DNA from: the human T2T-CHM13v2.0 reference genome, Homo sapiens
Length of the DNA stretch: 64,000 nucleotides
Reading direction: 5' to 3' (one strand)
Assembly: GCF_009914755.1 (NCBI RefSeq)
Contig: NC_060930.1
In this document: piece by piece, positions 23,469 to 35,900 of the stretch
Position numbering within the stretch: position 1 is the first letter of the stretch
How the letters are laid out: each line of letters opens with the position of its first letter
The notes under the pieces: model-generated
Seen by the model: only the letters and a program-made list of their open reading frames with translations
Told to the model about the DNA's origin: nothing
Databases searched by the model: none
Translations under genes and position numbers: made by a program

Positions 23469-26400
23469 ACTTAGCATTTTCTCTTCTGGCATTCCACATA
23501 ATCTCTCATTTAGACAGCTGCTAAAACTAATCAAATGAAGTTGTTCAAACAATCAGGGAAATGGTGCTAGTTTGGGTTTTTACCTGATCTAATTAAAATA
23601 AACTGAGAAAAATGCTCTTATTACAAAAAGTACTACAAAACAATGCCTTGTATACATACGCAATAAGACAAATGTGCATGCAGTTGTGTACATAAACATA
23701 TACCCCATTAAACAAGGAAATGGAATACTGCACAGTCACCATAATTTAACAGATGAAACTATACATATTTTACTAACAGAAGTAGTCAATATAAGGCCAA
23801 ATAGATCCCGTGTAAGCTTAAACAGCTATACATCAAATCCAAAAAAAAGAAAAATTGTCAAAAAAAAGTAAAATAAGAAACAGTCACATACCAAGATGAA
23901 ACAATAAGTTAAAAACTTCCTTCGTAAAACCTCATAATCAGAACATTTTAAGCCAAATTAGGACTTCTAAAGTTTAAAAATTCCTGCATCAAACCATTTT
24001 CTCCTTTGTTTTTCAAAGAATGAGCAGCAAATAAAAGAATAGAGTTAGCAGCAAATAAGTCTAAAATAATCCTTAAAAAAATGCATAGAAATGAGCACAA
24101 TATTGATAAAGTAAAACTAATGTATTAAAATATGATCATTAGTTAAGAAAATAAAAAATTACTCAAATGGTTACAATGAAGACACACATAGCATTTAAAC
24201 ACAAATACCTTGGTATTTTCAAAAGTTCAACCAATTCTAACACATTTTATTCACTACAAAGCAATGGAGAAGCAAGATACCAACAACTTTTTTTCTTTGA
24301 AATTGATTTCAAGATCAAAACTGTATTTCATTTCCATGGCATTAAAGTATGTGATTTATACAGTATACCTAAACTTGTTGCTTACTTCAAAACAGCAAAT
24401 ACTAACATGTCCCCAGAGAGGATAAAATTTTATGGGTCTTTAAAAAGCAAAAATAAAAATAAAAATAAATCTGTGGTTTTCAATTTCTGATTATAACCAT
24501 GGTATAAATCTATAATCAAGAGCTTTATTTGCATTGACTTTTCTAAATCAGTATCTCTTCACCACGTGTAGTAAGCTATTTCTAATGAAACACACTGTTA
24601 TCAAATGTGTACCAATTATCAAATGTGCCCCAGTTGTCATTGTTTTTTAAATTTTTACAACAAAGTAATATTTGCTCCAAAGAGGATATATTTTCGTTTT
24701 AGGAAAAAAATTCATGTGGATAATGAATATACTAACTTAAAGCACATGATTTCACTATCTTTCTCCTGCTAGAATTTGATAGGCCTCACAGAGGACAAAA
24801 AGTGCATATATAACAATATCTACTAAACTCTCAAATCCTGGTCCAAAAATTACATGCAGGAGGATTACCTGCAAAAAGTGAACAGGTAATTAAATGACAA
24901 ATAGATGTTAAAAATTACTTAAATTCTTATCAGGTCAATTTGAAGAGCCAAAGTTTACATAAAGAAGATTTTAAGGAAGAAAATAGCAAAATGTTGGGTT
25001 TGTAAGATGTTTCAGTGAATGCTAATGTAGAAACTATAAGCTTATTTGAAAAGAAGAAAACCATTTGCTGATCATACTACAGCAGCTACCTACATATTTT
25101 CAATTAAGTGATTCTGCTATTATAGGTACACATGAAACCATGTTTGGAAATCCCACAAGCTATAAGGACAAAACCCTCCTTTTGTTTACTTTGGATACTA
25201 ATTAGAGATACAGATAATATGGATACGACTTATTTATAAAAGAGAAAAAATAATTTTTCTCTCCTTCACATGAATAACTGCATGTTAAATGAACGCTTTT
25301 ACCTTTCAATGTAAAATCTGTTTACACATACAATAAGGCATGATAAATCCATAGTTAAAATAAAACACCAAAATGTATTTCTGGTTTTTTATCACTAAAA
25401 GTTTATTCTGAAAAGGTTCTGGACATTTGAAAAATAAAGGACTAGAATCATTCCCATACCCTACCAGAGTATTTTGGGAAAATCAAATTTTCTGTAAAGA
25501 AACTTATGAACATATTTGTACAGTTATTGTGATCTAATATGAACCAAAAGCAGATAATGAATAGCACTAGGAAGAACACAGGGATATTTTAGTTCTAACA
25601 CCCTCCTGTCTCCCTAGCCCTTACCTCCCTGCACATTCCAAATAATCTTTTGTAATTCACTGTCTCCGCCCACCCCATTTACTTTATGCCACTCCTAGTT
25701 ACTGTCACACTAGGAAGAAGTCTAACATGCAGATTTAGAGTGGCATGGATAAATGGCAAAAAAATGCCTAGAAAATTGGTCTGTTCGCCTTTATAATTTT
25801 GGTTGAAAAATACTCCATCGCTCCCAACTGATGAAAACAGGAAGCTCTATTCATAAATATAAAATTCACTGCCTATGATATATAATCATCCTAATAAGAA
25901 AATGAGTTCTATACATACTTGTCCAAAGGGGCAAAAAAGGAGATAGTTTCCCAAAGATGTTTCCAATTTTCTTCTGAATCAGAATTAGCAAATCGAGACG
26001 ACTAACATACTCTGTCTGTGGGCATTATTCCTTACTACACACAGCATTTTGTAATTTATTTCAAAGCTTCCATTAGAAACAAAAAAATACATAGCTTCTG
26101 TTAACCCACTCTATTCTAAGCTCATAGAATCAAATACTGAACAATCTACATTATAACATAAGCATTTTACTTTATAGAAGATCTGCTATCAGAAACTCTA
26201 TTAATGTCTAAACTACTTAAAGAACTATATAAACTGAATACACTTCAATGAAAGACAAAAAATATTACAATCATAAAGAAAACTAAGATTCATCCAATAA
26301 ACTATATTACAATCCCTGTCATTCATTTTTTTAAGATCTTCAAACTAGGCATGAGATAATGGTATACATGAAACATTACATTTAATCTTTATTGTAAAGG

Positions 26401-26499
26401 CCGCCATCTAATAGATTGATAATAAACTAGACAGACGTGATTTAAAATTTGTAAAAGAATGCCCAGACTAACACTTTCATGACAGCCAATTATAGTCAA

Positions 26500-27290
26500 G
26501 CCTAGCAAGCAGTTTGCAACCAGACCTTAAGGTAAACTTTTTTTTTTTTACAATGAGTTACAGATTCACAAGTTTAAGAAGACAAGAAAAAGGAAAACAG
26601 AAGGAATCCAGCCACCCAGCAAATATGAAGCAGACCCCAGAATGTGATACAGTCCAAAGATGTGAATTATTGTATATCATCACTGTTGTTCAGAATTTCA
26701 CACAGACTCTTGAGCCAATTTTGTTCATTTTTCCACAGACACAATAATGAACTAAAAAGAGGAGGCAAAAAGGCAGAGGTTGAGCGGGGAGTAGAAAGGA
26801 AAGCCCTTAACTGCAGAGCTCTGCTCTACAAATGCTTAACCTTACAGGAGTTTGGGCTCCTTCAGCATTTGTATTCTATCCAAATCCTCATGAGTCACAA
26901 AAATTAAAAAGCTATATCCTTCTGGATGCCAGGAAAGGCCTTACCACAAGCCTTTTGTGAGAGAAAGAGAGAGAGAGAAAGAGCAAGGGGGAAAAGCCAC
27001 AGTGGTAGGCAGTCCCACTTTACTTAAGAGTACTGTGAGGTCACAAACCACATGATTCTGCCTCTCCAGTAATAGTGCTTGCAAAAAAAAGGAGTTTTAA
27101 AGCTTTTGCTTTTTTGGATTGTGTGAATGCTTCATTCGCCTCACAAACAACCACAGAACCACAAGTGCGGTGCAAACTTTCTCCAGGAGGACAGCAAGAA
27201 GTCTCTGGTTTTTAAATGGTTAATCTCCGCAGGTCACTACCAGCCACCGAGACCAACAGAGTCAGTGAGTGCTCTCTAACCACAGTCTAT
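26500..27290 (+). promoter_or_regulatory. RUNX2: RUNX2 distal P1 promoter with clustered RUNX/OSE2 autoregulatory sites
   Basis: ACCACA 26943-26948; AACCACA 27046-27052, 27149-27155, 27157-27163 and 27278-27284; TGCGGT 27166-27171; AP-1 TGAGTCA 26891-26897; purine-rich GA tract ~26959-26995; DR3-like AGTACTgtgAGGTCA 27029-27043; TATA-like TTTTAAA 27095-27101. Confidence 0.9.
27134..27264 (+). other. RUNX2: RUNX2 exon 1 (non-coding in the main isoform); TSS approximate
   Basis: Matches my recollection of the RUNX2 P1 mRNA 5' end (ATTCGCCTCACAAACAACCACAGAACCACAAG...). Donor GTCA|gtgagt at 27264/27265 defines a 200-nt GT-AG intron, 27265-27464. Confidence 0.88.
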
Positions 27291-27464
27291 GCAGTAATAG
27301 TAGGTCCTTCAAATATTTGCTCATTCTCTTTTTGTTTTGTTTCTTTGCTTTTCACATGTTACCAGCTACATAATTTCTTGACAGAAAAAAATAAATATAA
27401 AGTCTATGTACTCCAGGCATACTGTAAAACTAAAACAAGGTTTGGGTATGGTTTGTATTTTCAG

Positions 27465-27588
27465 TTTAAGGCTGCAAGCAGTATTTACAACAGAGGGTAC
27501 AAGTTCTATCTGAAAAAAAAAGGAGGGACTATGGCATCAAACAGCCTCTTCAGCACAGTGACACCATGTCAGCAAAACTTCTTTTGGG
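27465..27588 (+). other. RUNX2: RUNX2 exon 2 (66 nt 5'UTR + 58 nt CDS)
   Basis: Acceptor gtttgtattttcag|TTTAAG at 27464/27465; donor at 27588. Confidence 0.93.
27531..27588 (+). CDS. RUNX2: RUNX2 first coding segment of the P1 (type II, MASNS) isoform; 58 nt ending in a phase-1 splice donor
   Basis: gggactATGG context, translates MASNSLFSTVTPCQQNFFW+G, the known RUNX2 type II N-terminus. Followed by a consensus donor TGGG|gtaagt at 27588/27589. Confidence 0.98.
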
Positions 27589-29905
27589 GTAAGTGTTACC
27601 ATTTTTAAAATCCTGTAAGATATGAACCTGTTAAACATAAAGGTATGATTCTTTGATAAACTGCTAGCTTTTCCAAATAGCATACTAAAGATCCTAATTA
27701 TGCTATCTTGTTGCATTAAGAATTGAAAAATGAAATTTCTGTATATATTTGCATTTGGTATCTGTAATGTATCTAATTTTCAAAGTAATGACTTGAAATA
27801 TACAAAATTAAATTATCTCACATTGATCAAAATGTTTTCTAGAGTTATAGAGGTGAGGATATGAAAACAGTAAAAGAAACAGTTTAATACTCTCATTAAC
27901 CCTCACCAGAAGAAAAGTCAGATCCTAAATTAATCAAAGCATTATAAATTATTGACTCCGGCAGCTCCCAATATTTGAGCAAACTTCAAAAAGGAAGCAA
28001 TTTTACAAAATAACAGACCACAGAATTATCTCAACATTATGGTCTACCATGTATAACACAGAAATAAACCTGTAGTACAGTTAACATTTTAACCAGCTCA
28101 ACTAAAAGAAATCTACTTATAAATTCAAACTGTATCCTATCTAAATAAGTTTGTTTCTAAACAACTTTATATAAGTATACATTCAGCTGAAATAAAATTA
28201 TGATAAGCACATCACAGCCATTTTTAAAAGATCTTTATAGTTGCCCAGGATATTAAAAAGTTCATGGAAGTATTTTAAAACTTACATGCAACTGCATTTT
28301 TCTATGTAATTTTAATTTTACATCTACACACTGTTATCCATAGACCTTGTTATAAACACACTGAAACACTGAAACGTCTAAGATTCTTTTAATCACATTC
28401 TTGGACCTACCAAAATGAATAACTGCTGTTTAGTCTCATGAAAAATAAAGCTCCATAAGGATACCCTGTATGATTTTTAAAAGCCACAACTATTAAACCA
28501 TGCTGGACTTTAAAAGAAGTAGGCATAATCTTGTCCCTTAATATTTAATTTCAAGTTACTGTTGATACAGATATGTAAATGACTTTAACATTCATCAGCT
28601 GATGTGTTATTATAGCAAAATATCTAAACACACTTACAAGATTCTCTTTATGATCTCCAACATGTTCCAACTACAAGGCAAGTTTTCAAAAATTTTTCTT
28701 ATATCCATTAAAATAAACCTTCTTGCTGTGTACATCTATATTAACTCTGCTTTTAACTTACAACTAATGACTGGAGTTTCCTTTACTCCTCCTACTTCAC
28801 ACATTTTAACTGGATACTACTAGAGGATCAGTCTCAGTTTAGGTCAAACAGAAATAATTAAACCTGAAGGGAGAAAAAATGGTTTCTCTTACAGGGTGAG
28901 GAAATGTACTTTGTATTTTACAAAAAAAAATGTAAAATTGCTTTAGTGACTCCCTCAATAGCTGTAAGTGGGCCCCCTCAGTTATAATATATACAATATA
29001 ATAATCACAGATTAATTTAAAATTTTAATGATGGGTACCAAGTATTACTCTAAAAACTTCTATATTAAGGAAGCAGGACATAAACACAGCTAGACTACAT
29101 TACAACACATAGCATAATTACAGCTTATACATCGAAAGTTTTGTTACTACTACCCAAGAGATAAAAGGAAAAAGAATAGTTAAAACTACTGTTACACAGA
29201 GGGATAACTTGAAACAGGGATAACAGAGATATCAGGGAGGGATAACAGAGGCAGTTAAGTTACTCTTTCAAGTTATCACTCTGTTTAACTATTTATTTTA
29301 AACACATTTTAAAAACCAGATCAGGAACAACACAAGTTTCAAAAAATTCTTCAGTATTAGAAGTAAAGTTATCATGAAGAATATGTTAAAATTCTCACAA
29401 AGAATATATTAAACTGCTTCTTATTCTATCATAACAGGGATCTTATACTTCTGTAACATTCTTAATAACTATTCAAAATTTCCAAAACTTGACAGGATTC
29501 TAAGCAAGGCATGGTAGTGAACCTTTTTTTTTTCCAACATTACAACCAATTCTTCCTCTTTTGAAAAGTGGGCTGCACCTTCCCTCCCCGCCAGCCCTCA
29601 AACAGTATCTTGAAGCCTGAATAGAGAACTTAACATCAACCCACTACCTCAGACTAATTACAGGTGAGTAGTGGACATCATGTATATGTTATCACATTGC
29701 AAACATTTCCCCATTCTATAATCTATGCAAAGCCTAAAACCTCACTTCAGGCTTTAGATTTTTATATAATGATTATCACCACCACCTAATGAAATGTCTT
29801 AAGTATGTGCCCCAATTTTGTAAAATAGTTAAAAAGAAAGTTTAGGATTTTCCTAGGTGAGGTACAAAGCACACATTAACAACTGCTTCACCTCAAATAC
29901 AATGA

Positions 29906-29908
<3 letters not shown>

Positions 29909-29938
<30 letters not shown>

Positions 29939-29948
29939 GCGCACATGC
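29909..29948. repeat. (GT)10(GC)7 compound alternating purine-pyrimidine tract
   Basis: Seen directly. Confidence 0.97.
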
Positions 29949-32900
29949 TAGAGAAAGAGTATGTCTGTGTCCTTGATCTCTCAGCATACTTCACTTTGAG
30001 TTAATCAAAAATTTTCAATCTGTACTACTCAAAATCTGTCCATCATTTATCATAAATATAGCTTGCTGAAAATCACAGATGTGACTCATAGAGTATCTTA
30101 AAATTAATGACTCATGAAAATATATCAGCTGACTGATTATCTACATAAAATCTTTGTAACTGCTTGAACATGATGTGTGAACACTGATTTCCAAAACAGC
30201 AATTGTGGTCCATATCAATAATATATTTATAGTTTCAACATTCAGTAGTGACAAAGTTTTATAGCTTCTTTTTAAAATACAGAGCTAAATTCCAAAACTA
30301 GGGAGCAGAATTACAAAGTTAAGAACAAACACAGAAAATCACTCTAACACATATCAAAAGCTAAAAATGTCAAAGTAATTCCCAAAGACTCATATAAATT
30401 ATTTTAAATTATAATAATCCTAATTTTACATTACAAACTGTTAAAGATTTTTAGTTTTTATTTTTAAAAAATGTTTTGAAATCTAAAACACTGAAAAGAA
30501 ATTGTGGAAAAAGATCTGGCTGGTCTGTCTGACTCTCCTGATCAATCCGTCTCTATATCACAAGGCATGAAATATACATGATTACATTATGATATATTTT
30601 AGTTATCTTAAAAGAACAAAATATTAATTTATTCAATTACTCTCTTCCAGCTAACAACTGATAGTTTGACTTGTTTAAATCAGTCATGCTAAAGTTAAAT
30701 TCGGTAAGATAGAAATGTTCCAGTTTGTTAAAAGAACACTGAAATATTTGATGGTTAAATAAACTGCAGGGGCGGGGGGAGCTAACTCATTGAAGGCACT
30801 AAGATTTTATCAAACACACAGAATTAATATTTATTGAATAGAACCATTCACAAATCAAAACTCACTGTACTCCAATACTTTAAAGCAGCGCTAATCAATT
30901 ACAAACCTTTTCTAGTGCTTCAAAATTCATGTGCTTTCAATTTTACACACTGGTGGTCCTCAAGTACTGTACTGAGGCTGAGTTAAGACATTCTGTATCA
31001 CAACTTTTTTTTTCAACAAATATTCATCTAGAGGGCTTTCCCCCTCCCCCCGATTCAAGAGCTGCTCACATGAAAACTGTGGTAATATTTTTATACTGTA
31101 CTTCTTTGTTGAAGCAAAAGGTTAGGGGTTACCTAAATACCTCAACTGTATATATATATATTTAAAAAAAAGGAAAAGGTAAGTATTCATAGAAAAAAAT
31201 CCAATGGGACTATATTATTTATTTTTGCATTTCTCATGATTAATGATGCACCCGTGCATACTTGAAAATTGACGGCAAAACAGGGTAACATCTCAAATCC
31301 CTCTCCAAAGCATACAAATACCAATCTTCCATACTGTTCTAACCTTTGTTCTAGGATACTAAGATATGACAACTCTAAGTCAATAGTGAAGTCATGCAAA
31401 AGCTCATTAAATGCATTAAAACTGCAAATACTATTACCTAACAAAAATCTTTAGACATTTTATATGAAGGATTCACCGAAACAGTCTACCTCTATAGCAT
31501 CTATTAAAAATATATAAAAACATGTGACCAAATAGACAAATGCCATCAACTCAATGTGAAAAAAATCCTTCCTGCAAATACTAAAATTGTAATTATGGCA
31601 AAGCATAACTATTTTTTCTAGTCACTCACAAGTCAGACATTACTAATCAGGTGCTAGCAGATCCAATGGTAATTTAAGCAGAGACTTCTCAATACGTTAC
31701 CTTAATGTACTATTTTTTCTCCTATACCAATGAACGCTGCAACTTCCACTGAAGATAGATAAAATTCTGCCTCTCCTCACCCCCCAAAAAATCATAAAAC
31801 TCCCATAATAAAGATAACAATGAACTCCAATACTTGGTATTTTCTAAATAATAAAATATTCTAAGCTAACTGTCTAAAGCATGTGAAAATTCTTCATCAA
31901 ATCTGAGATGTTAGTATCTTAAAACAAATCTTTAAAAGAAGTCTCACATAATGAAATTTTATGCCTTAATATAATCTCTTGCCATTTCAAAAAGATTATG
32001 AAATTCACTGGATATATTTTTTGATTAATGTGTTACGATTCAAAAAATAACAGGGAAATTCTATACCTTATTAAAAGGGAGTTTCCTTACATTTTTAACC
32101 ACAGTCAACCACAAGCTTTTGTCCATTCAACAGCACATACACATGAAACAGACCATACATTCCCATACAACTGTTTTAAGACCTGTATAGCAATTCAGAT
32201 TAAATGCTCTTTTACTGTATACAGTATCTTCACTTTATGTAGAATTCTTAGGAATTTCCTCCCCTTTATACTATTTATTAAGGGCATAGGACTCAAGATT
32301 TGGAACAGTGTTGAGTGGATGTAAGCAACATGTTATCAAACACTTTAGGTTTTGTTGTTACTGCTGAATAGAAAGAAGCCTAACTAAAGCAAAGTTTTTC
32401 ATAAACACTAATAAACAGAAACTGCATCATTTAACATGATATAAAAAACAATCATTTTTTATATCATTTAACCTGATATAAAAAACAATCCCCAAATAAG
32501 ATGAGCTGTAGAATTAAAACAGGCCTTTAAAGGCTAGTTGCTACATAAGTACTTAATACATGAAGAGAAAAAAATTGTTATTCATGCACTTCCTCTACTC
32601 TATATTCTTGTTAATACTCATAAATCCAATATACACCCAAGGAACAAAAATCATACCAAGGGTGACTTGAGCTCTAAATAAAAGATAAATGTTTACCTTG
32701 ATTAGATGATTTTCATCTTTTAAATCAACTGCCCACAAAACAAGGAAATCTCTGACATATATACATACGCAATTTCGATAATGTTTGAGATATTTAAAAA
32801 TTATCATACTGATGTTAGAAAATTTACCAAGTTAACATTATTCCCAGAAATATATCTAAGATTATTTTGGCAAACAGTTTAAAGACTCTTTTATCTCTAC

Positions 32901-35900
32901 TATTCCTATTGCCAATTCTCTTAATTATACATTAGTTACATCAGATTAGTGACATTTCTAAAAAGGTATATCTAAATATCCTATGTAAGGCAAATAATTT
33001 TCACCACAAAGTCAAATAAGGTAATTTTATTTTACATTTCAGTTACATCGATTTTTTACATCAATGATGTCTACCAGAATCATTATATACCATCAACTAT
33101 AAACATATATTTACATAATAGACTAAGTTAAAACTCAAGAACTTAAATACACATTTGTAGGTTCCCCTAAATTACATGAACCATACCATTATTTACATAT
33201 TCCTTATAGTCATGTATCTTACACCTACATCTATTTTGTGCTTCAGGAAAAGCAAAAAAAAAAAAAAAAAAAGACAAAGTTAAATGCTAGCCAAATCACA
33301 ATAACAATCATCAATAAGGTTTGAATACATATATATGCAGTCTTTCTTTAGAAATATCAGAATAATAACGTGATATTCCACAGAACTTCACATGAACACG
33401 ATGTATTTTTACACCGAAACAAAATACGTGTCATATATGTTCAACTTAAATTTCTTCTGGCTATGTTTGTCTTAACATTTTTATACATGGCATATACACA
33501 TGCATGAGTGTGAATGCATTCACACCAATGACTACAGAACTTGTAATAATGATTATAAACCAGGAAAAAAATTGTAAATTATGTAACTGAGGTACTATAG
33601 TTCTGTCATGAAATATAATCAAAATTTTTTTGCATGTAAGTTAACAAATGTCAATCTATAAAACCAGTAACAGGGATTAGGCATCTACTAGGAATTTCAA
33701 GACTAAAATAATCAATCTTGTAAAATCCAAAGATGTTATTTTCCAGTTATAAACTTAAGTAACAATAATTAAAAACTGATATCAGTTAAACAAAGTATTA
33801 GAGTTTATAAGGGCAAATATGAATGGAATTAATTTGCTAATAGATTCCTATTTATAAATATTATCTCAAAGAACAACTCTGGCTTGAAGCTAAACAGGTA
33901 TATTTTCTCATTGACCATGTAACCTGGGTAAACAATTTAAGCATTGAATTTCTAATTTTTCTATGATAATTGCTAGAATTAACTTTCTTTTTAAATTTCT
34001 GTACTGAACTTCCCAGTTTAAGACTTCAAATTCCCAATATAATTTTAAGTGAAAAGATATAATTTTACTAAATGATTACAAATTATTTAAATGTATCTAA
34101 ACAATGTGAATTTACTTTGAAGCTTAAAAGAAAGGATCATGACATTTATTTTACTATGTAATATGGTATTACATTTTACAACATGTCAACCTACTGCTGT
34201 ATCACTATAACGATCCTAGAAAATCCATGTGTATCAAAAAGGTACACAGTATGGATTCTCTTCAATCAATTACAATTTTATTATAAGATACTTTAATGCA
34301 AACACAGCTCATTAAAATACATTTTTTTAGATAAAAGTAAATTCTCATTTTATTTCATAAACTGTCAGATTACAGATATCTGTAACAACTGTACAGGATC
34401 ACAGAAAGGAAACTTCTTTATGCTAACAATCCACATTATATCAATCACTGTGTTTTCCATAAAGCTGATACCTGTGAAAGTACATAAGCATTTCATACTA
34501 AGAACCTAACACCCAATTCAAAAATATTAAGACACCATGAAGTAATCTATGAGAAAACGCCCATCAAGACAACAGCATCTTAACATTAGGCAGGATAAAT
34601 GGTTACAAAAGATAATCTAATAAGATTAATTTTTTTACCTCTCATGAAATCTGTAAAGCATTTCGGTAATTCAGCTTTTGACAAAATGCAGAAAAACTTG
34701 CTACTGCTCTTATAAGAGTCAATGCAAAAATGAAATATTTAAGAAGATAATGCCTATGGAGATACTACTTACAAAGACAATGTGCTACAGTGTATTTCTA
34801 AAGAAATGGAAATATACAAGTCAATGTACTCCAACTTTTGATCATTAATCCAACCTCCTTTCCACAGAAGAAACTCCTTTTCACATATTATAAACTCCAG
34901 TGTCCACCCAGAATTCTTATATTCTCCCAGTTTTCAAAACCAAACACATATACATTATTTCTCTCTCTGTAATTTAGAAGGAAAACTTAACATTTTAAAA
35001 ACTTTTTACCACTAGTAACCACTTCATTTTAAAAGTGTTAGCTAGATAAGGACAATGAGTACTGTCACGAAAGCTTTATTCTTGATTATGTAGTAAAGAT
35101 TTAACAATATCCCTCCCTTATAACACGCATAAGCATATTGCAGAATATTTTTGTACACCAATAGGACTAGAGAAAACACATAAAGTGATCTGTTTTTAAC
35201 ATTATCACTCACAAGTACCCAGGAAGAAAATTTAGAGCCATGTGCTGATTATTAGGCTTATTTTTATTTTCATAAATATTCTGGTCCTATCAAGACACAA
35301 GACACACTAAAATCAGAATCTATCAAGATACACTTAAATATTTTTTAAAACATCAAAATACTTGGCTTAAATTGCTAAATTATTTAATTATTAAATGGTT
35401 AAACCACTCTATATATGTACAATAAATTTTTACTCAGACGTATTCAAACAATTTTCTTGACTATAAAATTAAATCCTGTGCTCCAAGAAATACTGTAACA
35501 CAGTATTTTTAATAAAGTATTTACTTACAAAGTAAATACATATTAGATGTACAAAAAGATAGGAAGTGATTTTCTATAATATAACTTCATTAATAATACA
35601 TGTAACTCAAATTTTCTACCTCTGTTTTAAACTTTCTTCATTCAAATACATGGTCAATTCACTTAATTTTTTTGATCCAGAAACATCTTAAATGCTGTTT
35701 TAAAGGAAACTTTAATAAAAATGGCCTTACTCATTATTATAAACTGGCATAAAAATATTTTTTGAAACTTGCTGTGAAAACAGTGTGATCTGAAAACTTA
35801 CATACTTAAAACTTATGACATGAACACAAAAAATGCAAGCAAATGCATAAAACTACATAGCAACAATAATATAGTGAGAAGCCAACCCCGAACATAGGAG

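Noticed and set aside
27589-27608. C-terminal KCYHF of ORF 27216-27608
   Set aside because: Read-through past the strong gtaagt donor into the intron.
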